DNA from: Tricharina praecox | Lineage: Eukaryota | Direction of reading: 5' to 3' | Length of the DNA: 64,000 bases | NCBI RefSeq assembly: GCF_024521635.1 | Contig: NW_026250409.1 | Location: 1-64,000 of the forward strand | Shown: piece after piece, positions 24,402 to 34,988 of the stretch | Layout of the letters: each line of letters starts with the position of its first letter | Position numbering within the stretch: the stretch's first letter is position 1 | Position numbers and translations under genes: made by a program | Notes under the pieces: model-generated | Seen by the model: the letters and a program-made list of their open reading frames with translations, nothing else | Database searches by the model: none | Told to the model about the DNA's origin: nothing

Positions 24402-25623
24402 TGTAACGGCACGGTTGGGCAAGGCTCCAGGTAGCGAAGCCGGGCTGGGGATCGGGTTCTGGGTTTGGCAGAGGCAAGACGGGTTCAGGGGCCAAGGTGA
24501 GGCAGGGCTCAGAGCAGACGGCAACTGTGAGACTGGAACGATTTCGGTCATCGGAGTCGATTGATAGAATGGGGTTTAGAATGAAAATAGATAGTATTCT
24601 TTTCACAAGTGGAATAATCTTAAGGGGTAGTGTCGATGATTTTCTGGTTGCTGATTCTGATGATGAATCTTTCGCCGTGTCGTTGGAAGTCTATATAGTT
24701 GGGTGATTTGGTCGGGTCACGTGCCAGCCGTTGCCGTAGCTTGTTGCCGGATGGAACCCTGGCGTGAAATCTCTGCACCTGGTGCGGAGACTTTCTCCGC
24801 CATGTCATCAGAGTCGTCGTAAGCCTTCAGGATAGTTTATACAAACTAGGCAGGTATGGCGCACCAATCCTTACCCGAGCATAGTCCGGTTTCAGCTATC
24901 TTTTCGCTGGGCAACGGCTGCGCCTTTCGGCACGGCTCTTATTTGCTTAAGACGCCAGAAGAGGGGCAACACTCGTCATAGTGGTTTTTCTCCGATCAGA
25001 GTTTTCTCTGCGCTTGTTCGCGATTCGCCTGCCTCAAGTCGAGCATGACTGTATCGGACTTTTCGTGCGTATCGCTGCGCCTCTGATCCCACCTAGACTC
25101 TAGTTCCGTTTGCTTCCTTCCTTCCTATCTCGTCTCCGACTAGCTACGACTAATCTAAAGGTGTTTCCTCCTGCTCCCCGATCTATCTAACTATTTTTCC
25201 CGAACTTCCGTTGGTAAGAAGCCGAACCCTGAAGTTGGGCCGACTGCGACCAGGGTGTCACAGCAACTGAGAACAGAGGCAGGGACAAGGACTACGGCGC
25301 AGACGGCAGCCGAGGCAAGGACAGAGGTAACAGAGGTTGAATTAACAAGTTGTTGCGTGAAGAACTAAATACAGAGGGGCAACGGCCCGTTTATATAGGA
25401 AATCCTCCACTTCTTCCCGCAACCTGACAATGACCGTGGGCGTCGTGTGCCAGACCCTGAGAATCCACCTTGCCAGTACCCCACTTCCGTGGCTCATACC
25501 CTACGCAGCCGCACTACCCCTGCTTCCTGCACACAGCCCCAATCTCCTGCGACTCATTACTGCGCTATCCCTGCTCCCTGCACACAGCTCCCAATCCTCT
25601 GTGACTCATCCTTGCACTGCCGG
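24402..25623 (-). mobile_element. LTR family A split by a nested solo LTR-B and cut again at 25623
   Basis: TGTAACGGCACGG at 24402; LTR-A sequence resumes at 25263 after a duplicated GCAAC. Confidence 0.85.
24526..25262 (-). mobile_element. Solo LTR, family B (737 bp), nested in LTR-A
   Basis: TGTGAGACTGGAAC...GGTGTCACA with a perfect TSD GCAAC (24521-24525 and 25263-25267). Confidence 0.92.
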
Positions 25624-26134
25624 TGTAACAGCACGGTCGGGCAAGGCTCCAGATAGCGAAGTCGGGCGGGTGACCGGGGACTAGGCGGGGCTGAGACGAG
25701 GCGGGCTCAGAGGACGAGGCAGGGTAGGGCTCAGTGCAGACGGCAACTGAGAAACAAGGACAGAGACAAGGACTACGGCGCAGACAGCAGCCAAGGCAAG
25801 GACAGAGGTAACAGTTGTTGTATTAACAAGTTGTTGCGTGAAGAACTAATTACAGAGGGGCGTCGGCCCGTTTATATAGGAAATCCTCCACTTCTTCCCG
25901 CAACCTGACAATGACCGTGGGCGTGTGCCAGACCCTGAGAAATCCTCCTCGCCGATACCCCGCTCCAGTGACTCACAGCCTGCGCTGCCGCGCTACCCCT
26001 GTCTCCAACACACAGCCCCAATTCCTCTCACTCATTCCTGCATTGCCGCCTGCGCAGCCCCCTGCGCAGCCCCTGCGCTGCCTTCCGACCCCTATTCCGA
26101 CTCTTCCTCAAACGTTCCAATGTGAGCCGTGACA
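25624..26134 (-). mobile_element. Full-length LTR family A with non-matching flanks
   Basis: TGTAACAGCACGG...GAGCCGTGACA; flanks are GCCGG and TGGGG. Confidence 0.9.
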
Positions 26135-28341
26135 TGGGGGAAGTGGCCACAGGGCCAGGCATTGCCCCAACAAGAAGCGAAATCCGTTCCGAGCAGCCGT
26201 TGCCCGGCTGGAGTCAGCCCAGCCCACCAACACCACCCCAGCTCACATCTATCACAACTGCGACCGGGATTGCAGCGAGACCTCCCAGCAGTCGGGAAAA
26301 GCCTAGACCAACAACCGCTTGATGGCCGGTTGTTGGTCGTATCCAGGATAAGTCTTTGTCTCCTATGTCCCCCCATTATTCGTTTGTCTAGTCTCTCATT
26401 GTCAGGAATGGTTGTGGAGAAATCATCGATTGAAGGCAAACTTCTTGTTGTATTGTGAAACCTTTCGTTTGGTGACAAAACCATTGCCACGCATGCGCTG
26501 ATCGACTGTGGGGCAACCGGAATTGCATTTGTAGACAAAGACTTCCCCTGCCATCACCACCTACCCCTCGTACCCCTGAAATTCCCGCGCACCCTCGAAG
26601 TCATCGATGGCCGTCCCATCGAGTCAGGCGACATCACACATGTTGCCACCACCACCCTGTCCATACAGGAGCACCACGGAGAAATCCCTACGTTTGTCAC
26701 CTAACTAGGCCACTACCCCGTTGTACTCGGAATCCCCTGGATGGACCTCCACGGTGTGGCCATCCGGTTCAGCTCCCGGACCCCCATCTTCGGCTCCCAA
26801 TACTGTACAGCTTACTGCAATGCAGTGCCCACAGTTGCACATGGAGTCACGATCGGCCCACCTGACATATCCACCTATGCTCTCGCGTCAAAAGCAGCTC
26901 AGGAAGAGCCAGCGGTAAGCGCGGCGGCCGGCGACATCGTGGCCCGCTGCATTACGTCTCCCTCAAGAATCAATAACCAAGAATACACTAACCTTTCAAG
27001 GGTAACCACAGTCAGAATCTCTGCTTTACAGATGGAGTCATTCCAAGAACTGGTCAGCAGGAAAAGTCTGACGATTTTCAACACCACGCTTGCTGAGGTC
27101 AACGGCGCACTGAAAGGAAACAAGGACCCTACGGCACATATCCCTCACAGATACCACGAGTTCCTACCGCTGTTCTCCGAAGCCCTTGCCCAGAACCTGC
27201 CCCCGTACCGACACTACGGTCATAAGATTCCACTCAAGGAGGGATTTACGCCCCATACGGACCACTGTATTCACTCTCCAAAACGGAGCTCATCGCACTG
27301 AAGGAATGGCTTGACGACAACTTCAGCAAAGGTTTTATCCGTGCTTCTTCCTCTCCAGCAGCATCGCCAATCCTGTTTGTCAAGAAACCGGACGGCTGCC
27401 TACGCCTGTGTGTGGATACAGGGGACTGAACGAAGGAACAATCAAGAACAGGTACCCACTCCAACTCCTCCAAGAAACTCTGATGCGGTTCTCCGGGGCG
27501 AAATACTTTACCACCCTGGATATCTGCGGTGCTTACAACCTTGTACGGATGGGGGAAAGAGAAGAGTGGAAAACTGTCTTCCGGACACGCTATGGGCTCT
27601 TTGAATCCCTCGTGATGCCCTTCGGCCTCACCAACGCCCCTGCCAACTTCTAAGCTCCGATCAACGATGTGCTACGCCCTTTCCTTGTCGGCTTCTGTAT
27701 CGCATTCATCGATGACGTCTTCATTCACAGCGTATCCTTAGATGAACACCGGAAACACTTCAGGAAAGTACTGCAGGCCTTATCGGCAGCCGGCCTACAT
27801 CTCAAACCTGAAAAATGTCATTTCCACCAGGCCGAAGTCAAGTATTTGGGACAGATCATTACAACAAACGGAATCAAGATGGACCCAGCGAAAGTCTCCT
27901 GCATACTGGAATGGGAGGAGCCGAATACCGTCACCGATGTGCAATACTTTCTGGGATTTGCGAACTTCTACCGGTGATTCATCCAAGACTATTCCAAGGT
28001 GATATCCCCATTGACAGAATTGACCAAGAAGGAGAACGGAAAGTATGTTCCCTTCGTGTGGGGACCGGAACAGCAGAAAGCGTTCAACGAACTGAAAACA
28101 GCATTCACCTTGGCCCCGATCCTCTGGCACTTCGACTACGACCGGGAGATGGTAGTTGAAACTGACGCCTCCGACTACGTCTCCGCCGGAGTCCTATTCC
28201 AGTACGACGATGAGGGAATCCCGCACCTGGTGGCGTTTTATTCCAAGAAACACTCCCCGGCAGAATGCAACTACGAGATCTATGACAAAGAACTCCTTGC
28301 AATCATCCTCGCCTTTGAGGAGTTGAGACCACATCTGGTGG
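26135..28341 (+). mobile_element. Degenerate Ty3/Gypsy gag end, protease, RT and RNase H (truncated at both ends)
   Basis: GGSGHRARHCP (zinc-knuckle half) and SGKA* gag end; ALIDCGATG protease; [64 protein letters not shown]. Many stops and frameshifts. Confidence 0.95.
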
Positions 28342-28781
28342 GCAACTGAGAACAGAGGCAGGGACAAGGACTACGGCGCAGACGGCAGCCGAGGCAAGGA
28401 CAGAGGTAACAGTGGTTGAATTAACAAGTTGTTGCGTGAAGAACTAAATACAGAGGGGCAACGGCCCGTTTATATAGGAAATCCTCCACTTCTTCCCGCA
28501 ACCTGACAATGACCGTGGGCATGTGCCAGACCCTGAGAAATCCACCTTGCCAGTACCCCGCTTCCGTGACTCATACCCTGCGCAGCCGCACCACCCCTGC
28601 TTCCTGCACACAGCCCCAATCCCCTGCGGCTCATTACTGCGCTATCCCTGCTCCCTGCACACAGCCCCCAATCCTCTGCGACTCATCCTTGCACTGCCGG
28701 TGCACTGCCTGTGCACTGCCTCCCAACTCTCCCGATCCTTGCGCCGACCCTCCCTTCATCATTCCGTCGCGAGCCGTGACA
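28342..28781 (-). mobile_element. Truncated LTR family A
   Basis: Near-identical to 25263-25623 and continues to the GAGCCGTGACA terminus. Confidence 0.9.
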
Positions 28782-28959
28782 ACTATATAGTCACTTGACT
28801 GTTGTCCCGGAAATCCCAACACCAGCACACCAGAACAACCAACACTACCGGCGATACCCCTTAAGGTTATTCCGCTGTGAATCCTCAAAATCCCTGACTT
28901 TTATTCTATACTCGATATCTATCAAGACCCCGACGTCCTGAAACCGTTCCAGTCTCACA
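28782..28959 (+). mobile_element. 3' part of a family B LTR
   Basis: Ends GTTCCAGTCTCACA; aligns with 2053-2229. Confidence 0.8.
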
Positions 28960-29120
28960 TACAGTCAGTGAAGAATGCAATTAGTGGGCTGTAGAAACGT
29001 GGAAGTGCATCATCCAGTTGTGAATATTGTATGTTGATGCTGGTAGACAAATTGTGAACGAAGAGGGGTGAGAATAACTTACAAAGTTGAAGATGGAAAG
29101 CTTTGATTGTAGATGCTTGG

Positions 29121-29231
29121 TGTAATAAAGTACACTGGGAAAGTACTATACCACTCGGCCAAAAGGTATTTTGATGGCTGAAGACCATCATTCCAGTAGC
29201 TACTTAAGGCAAGGATTTCTGAACCGTGACA
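29121..29231 (-). mobile_element. Solo 111-bp TRIM LTR
   Basis: Perfect TSD CTTGG on both sides. Confidence 0.92.
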
Positions 29232-31124
29232 CTTGGATGCTACAAATGGTTGAGAACGTAAGAGGAGGAATGAGGAAGAAGGAAGGAAGGAAGCAGGAGG
29301 GAGTAGGAAGGGAGACTGAGGGTTGTTTGTGGGCCGGATGCCAAGACAGCAAAGTGATGGGGTGTGAGTAGGGCCTGTTTTGAGGGAAGGGGTGGTGACA
29401 AAGGGTAGGGCTAGTGATAGGGGCCTCGTGAAAACGCTGGGTGGAGCGGCGAAATTCAAGGCATATCGTCTAGTCACATCTCACTGGGCTACTCCTACCC
29501 ATACGGCGGGTTCACAAGACATTCATGTTCTTCTCTGTATCTTCCTTTGCCCTTGTACCAATGTGATTCATTGCCGACCTTGAAAAGAATAGAATCAAAA
29601 GTCTTCACGTTGCTGTCATATACCACAGAAAACGAGAGAGGGGGACAACATCGATTTATCTTGTATACAGCCAGTTCGGGCTACGGCAAACCCAACCAAC
29701 GAACCTTCCCCGCCCGCCAGAGATCTCGAGGGGACGAGTGCGTTTTGAAAATGTCTCGTTACTAGCTCCGGGCTATTAAAGGACATAGTAGGTAGTACGG
29801 CTAGAATGTCCTGATGTCTCGGATGTCGCGCTGCCAACAACAGGAAGCGTGCCAGCATCTCAAAGAGTGGCGGGGCGTTCGATAATCAAGTTGCGGGCGC
29901 AAGTTTCGACAGTGGTCACGAGCGGAACCTGGCACCTGCTGCTGTAATAATTGTGACAGAGTTTGATCGATAGCATCTCAACTTCTTCACCGCGAATTTG
30001 AACCTACTAGCTACGCTGTCTTTCGGTGTCTGACATGACAGCCCCTGGTCTTCCTATGTAAAGTGGGTGCCGGTATGCATCGTCGTCCTGTGCCGCCCTA
30101 CAGTACGTATTGGAATTTTGGCCTGCTTCGCTGTGGATGGCACACTGTCTTTGCCGTGGCTACCGCGTTCGCTCGTCGCCTCACCACAGATACCACACTA
30201 TACTGTCTATGCCACGATGAACCCGCTGTATGTACTTGCTGTGGATAACCCGCTTGCCTCGCCGCGGATATCACTCTGTTCTTGATCGTCGAGGTATCCT
30301 GTAGATGATGACTATGATGAGAGAGAGAGGAGGCCTCTCGAAATTCCCCACTATCCACTAAGTTCTCCTCGTTCAGGGTCAGCCCGCCATCCTATGATCC
30401 TTGAGAGTCCAAAGTTGACTTCGGTGCTCGAATCCCCTGCCACCTACCAACCAAGGGGAAGGTATGTACTCTAGCTCTGGATTCAACCAGATGCTCGCCC
30501 AATTGCCTGTCCTGGGGTCTGAATCGCTTGAACCTGGTAGTCGAATTGGTCTCGCGGTCTGCCGACGTTTTGGTGTTCGCGTCCACGCTCGCCTCTATGA
30601 TAGGTACCAAGTATCTCATTCTCCTACCATCGTCGTTCGACTTTCAAGTCTAGCTACCACGAGCTGCTGACTCTGCTTTCCTCCCCCCTCGTGTCCGATT
30701 TCATCGTCTTTCTCATGTGCTTGCTGCACAGCCGGGTCTCGTGCCGGATCCCATACCGGGGCCGGGCCCAGCCGAACGGTGTTTGTCTCGTCGACTGCCT
30801 GGTGCTCGTTCTAATAGGTGTTGAATTTTTTCTGGTGTCGCTACGTAGGTCTTAGAAAATCAACGATGCGTTGGTGTTGTTGTCTCTGGTTGGTGTGTAG
30901 GCAGCGGCGGATCCCAGTGGGGACTCGAGCAGGAGCCGGTCATGCAATCTCACGCGGCGAGTGATATGTAAGTACTCACTTACATAAATTCCTAGATAAA
31001 CCTGTTAACTCAAAGGATTACAGGCCGCGAGCGGTAGCTAACACGGTTAGTGAGTCGAATTAGCTTACTTCATTGTGTCTCTGAGGTTGAAAATATGCAC
31101 TTAGATTAGTTGCTGATCTTGTTG

Positions 31125-31392
31125 CTCTGTTTTCGTGATGCTCGTCGACGATTCGCTAACAAAACAATCACTCGACTGAGCAACGATGCAGTACCGCAGA
31201 AAACCAAAAAAAGATATAAACAGAACCACGGTTTGAACCGCAGCAAAAGGGCGTCCTCCCCAAGGTTGCTAGCCTTGTACAGCCGATGGACCTTCTCACC
31301 ACCTGGGAAATTCACTACCACTGAGCCATGATCACTGCTTGGTGGTTTCGCTGAGAACGAAATCTTGAACCCACGATGCATCGATAACCCAC
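31125..31392 (-). repeat. tRNA-like dispersed repeat, copy 2 (best-preserved arms)
   Basis: Minus strand reads TGGCTCAGTGGTAG...CAAGG CTAGCAA CCTTG GGGAGGACGCCCTTTTG CTGCGG TTCAAA CCGTGG...TTTTTTT. Confidence 0.8.
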
Positions 31393-31643
31393 TAAAATCA
31401 ATTGTCATAATGAACGAGAGACCATATGTACGAAAAGAAACAGAAACAGATATACAAAGGAGAGAGATATGTATATGGAGATATAAAGAAAGTGCTTAGG
31501 AACCTGGGCCAGTACTCCGTACTCCGTCGTCGAAACCCCTTGACACAAAACCTGCTGAGTCAACTCCCTATCGGACTCTCAATTTGAGGTGCAGTTCGTA
31601 CCTAAAGCGTGGAGGAAAGACCCGTGATACAAATCACCGCGGA

Positions 31644-34094
31644 CTACCTCTTCCATGACAATCTACAGATGGGGCCGTGGATAACCCATTCCTCGCCCTC
31701 CTCGTCCGTGTCCTCCTCATCGCGTTCTCTCCTCACGTCGCCTCCCTCAATTTCGACCCCCTTGTCGTCGTCCGCTTCTTTCGCTTCTTCCTTCGAGCAC
31801 GGCGATAGCTTATAGTGCTTGAATCGCGGAACCCACACACGCCTGAAACACACCTCGCATGCAGAATCCACACACTTTTCCACGCGGGAAAGAATCCCTC
31901 CAGACTCCTTCGGAAGTAGAAGCCCGCCTCGCTCGACCTCTGCTCGATAGCGATGGATGTGGACCGGACAGACTGCTGTTGGGCAGCAAAGGAGTAGCCC
32001 CAACTTGGCCCTGTTTGTGGAACCACGCCAGTGATTCCGGGTCTCAAACTGCCCGGTGTAGGCGGTAATGCAACACCACGGGCAAATCACATAGTCGCCT
32101 GTGGGCGTAGTCGATCCACCATTCGGCGCACAGAAACAACACTCTCCGAGAACAATGTCGAAGCGAGAATCGTACCTGTCCGCGTCGAGTTCGGCGGGGT
32201 CGAGATTACACATCCGAAGCGCACGGTACCATAGCAGAACGAGAGCTTGTCTCGTTGGGAGAGGGGTCTTCCAAGCGGCCAGCGACGGTGTACGTCCATG
32301 ATGGTCGATTGCACGGAGATTCGCGCCCTCATTCATCAGGAAGACTAAAGCCTGAAAAAGGTCGTCATAATTATAAGTGACCCGGTGCCAGTAAGGCTCG
32401 TATTTAAATTAGAGGAAGAATTGATGGAGCACAGTGGAGCCGGTCGTCGGCACGGAAGCTCTAACGTCTGCACCCCTGCTGAGCAGCTCGTGCAGGGCCT
32501 CCTGGACCTGGGCCCAACGATAACCCTCGGCGAAACTTCGCCCAAGTGCTATGAGCGCAGCCGCGGCGGTTCTATCTGGGACTAACACTGACAGAGGGAT
32601 ATTGGCATCCCATCCCATATGTATCAGTGTCCGAACGGCTTTGGTGTTTGCATGCAACAGCGCCTGTTGTGCAAAGTGCCGTCCATCCGCACAAGGTACA
32701 AGCTCAGCCAGTGCCATGAGGGTGCGTGGACTTGTATTTCCTGCTAGAGCAGCGCTGAGAATATCTCCGGGGTCTTCCTGCAGTAATGGATCAGCACCGC
32801 GCAGCAGTAGAAGCAAGGGAAATTCTGCCCATTCGATTGTGTGAGGTAGTGTGGCGGCATAACATTGAAAATAACATTCTAATAGATGGATTCCGATATC
32901 ACTCGTCACATTAGCCCCTTCGTCGAGTAGGCTGACAATGGTGGAGTGGTGTCCGCCGCGTAACGCATACTGACGAAAGGATCAGTTTTGCGCTTTGACC
33001 GATGCAACCTCAGGAAGCCCACTACAAGCGGTGTTTCCCCACGACGATTTCTATCGTTGGATGACGCCAATCCTTTCCGAAAAAGATCCAGGATGCCAGC
33101 AAAATCTCCCTCTGCGGCAAGTTCGAAGATCGGGGCATCGTGCGGCAGTATGTTCTGCTTCGAGAGGGTAATCTACGGGAAGGAAAGAGACCAAGCTTGC
33201 TGTCGTGCTTGCATCGAAAGCCGTAACTGAAATTGTTCGAATATTGTCTTCCACGTTACAATATTGGCCTGGAAAAGGTACTGGCTACCCAACAGCCGGC
33301 CGGAAGGTGTCACAGTCTTCATGCTAATGTGTTGGACTTGCTGAATGCCCCAACAACTAGAGCAGTGGCAACGTTCGGAACAGGCTCTCCCCATGGAACT
33401 TTTAAACCAGCCTGTACGTCTGCGACCCCGGAAAGGTGTTGAGACGGCCATCGAACTTATCTTCGGGCTGAGAGGCGACTGCGGATGTGGGACGCATTTG
33501 AATTCCATTGCTAACCTAGCTTCTAATCTCTGCGGGAGAACAGCATCTCGAGTATAGGAGCTTGGAGGAGCGATTGGGTGTTGACAACATCCACAAGGAG
33601 ACGCTGTATATGACACCGATTTCCTGTACATCGGTCCTTCAGCGTCCCACCTTCCTGCTACGCGTATGGAAGTGGAAAGCGAAGCGGGGCACTTACTGGG
33701 CCGCAAGTGAGAGCACAAGATTGAAAGCACCGATATGCGAATCCAGCCTTTTCCCCAACGCATCGACCTCGCCGCCCTTTCCGAGCGTCCACTTCGTCTT
33801 GACCCAGCGCGTTGGGTCGCCCGCGGTTCCCGTCAGGTCAACTGCGAATCCGTGCAGCGTCTTCAGGTCCTTCCTGAAAGCGTCGAGGTTGAGGCCGCTG
33901 CGGAACAGCTCGTCCGCGGACAGCGCGTTGAGCTCTTCGAGACGTGCCATGACTGACTTGAGCGTGGCAAGTGAATCGTGGACCCGAACGATGGCTGTCG
34001 GTGCGTCTTTCCACGTGTCCACGAGTTTCGAGTACTTCACGACCAGGAGATCCGTGAGGGCAACGAATCCGGCGATGCTGGCGGCGACTTCCAT
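31644..34094 (-). pseudogene. HeLo-like N-terminal domain + ankyrin repeats + Cys/His-rich C-terminus, copy 1 (disrupted)
   Basis: MEVAASIAGFVALTDLLV..WKDAPTAI (fungal STAND N-terminal/HeLo-like pattern); GTAAGT intron at about 33624-33696; ankyrin-like LLLLLRGADP and GANLRAIDHHGRTP. In-frame TAG at 33173-33175 and TAA at 32409-32411. Confidence 0.8.
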
Positions 34095-34988
34095 GGCTGC
34101 TTGTGTAGACTTGGTTGTCCGTGCGGGGCTGCTTGCCTTCCAGCTACTCTGAGGCTGAGTTCTATATATGTGCCCGGCTTTCGTGGCATTGCTGATGTTG
34201 TACGACCATGAAGGTACTTAATGCAAGTACTTGGAGAGGCGGTGTCAACGGCGCCTGCGCTTGGTGAAGTCACCTGATTTTGGCGTGCGTCAAACCGGTA
34301 ATGGCGGCAACAAGTAGCGAGCTGTGAAGAAAGTGCTAAAGCAAGTTGCTAAGAGTCTTCCATAAGCAAGAAGTAAAATACTAGAAAATATTGAGTGTAC
34401 CGGAAGGCAAAAACATTCCGAGGGCTACCACAGTCAGCGCCGAGGGCAGTAAATGGCGGAGGGCGCGACGCTGATTGGAAAACAACGACTGGTGTGAAAA
34501 TAAGTCAAAACCAGAGGCCGAATGATACAAGAAGTGTCCGCTATAAACATTCCGTGACATCAGCCCTCGGGGCGGTCCCAGTCTGATAGTGTTGGATACG
34601 GTGCTCTTCATAGATAGTCTTTGACCCACGGTAGCTACCTAGTCTCCCTCTCTCTACGTCTCCATTCCATCTCTAGATAATCCCACCCCACGATCCTTCA
34701 CAGTCCCGGACTCCATGGAGATTCTTCGGCACTCCCCTCTCGGCGAGCTTGTTAAAGAAGCTCCCAGCCGAGCAGCCTGATCAACTCGATTGCGCCAGAA
34801 CTTTCTACCCGCACCGGCATTTCTAGACGTCCTCGAAAGCTCTACTAGTGTTTCACCCTGCTTCGAAACCGGTGCTGTTGCTTTAATTGAGTCAACCCCA
34901 ACTCGACCTTTTGTCGGAGGGGAAAAGTTCCACGTACCTGAACATCCGCCCCCAGAACGGGCTACCCAAACCACTATCGCGTACTCTG

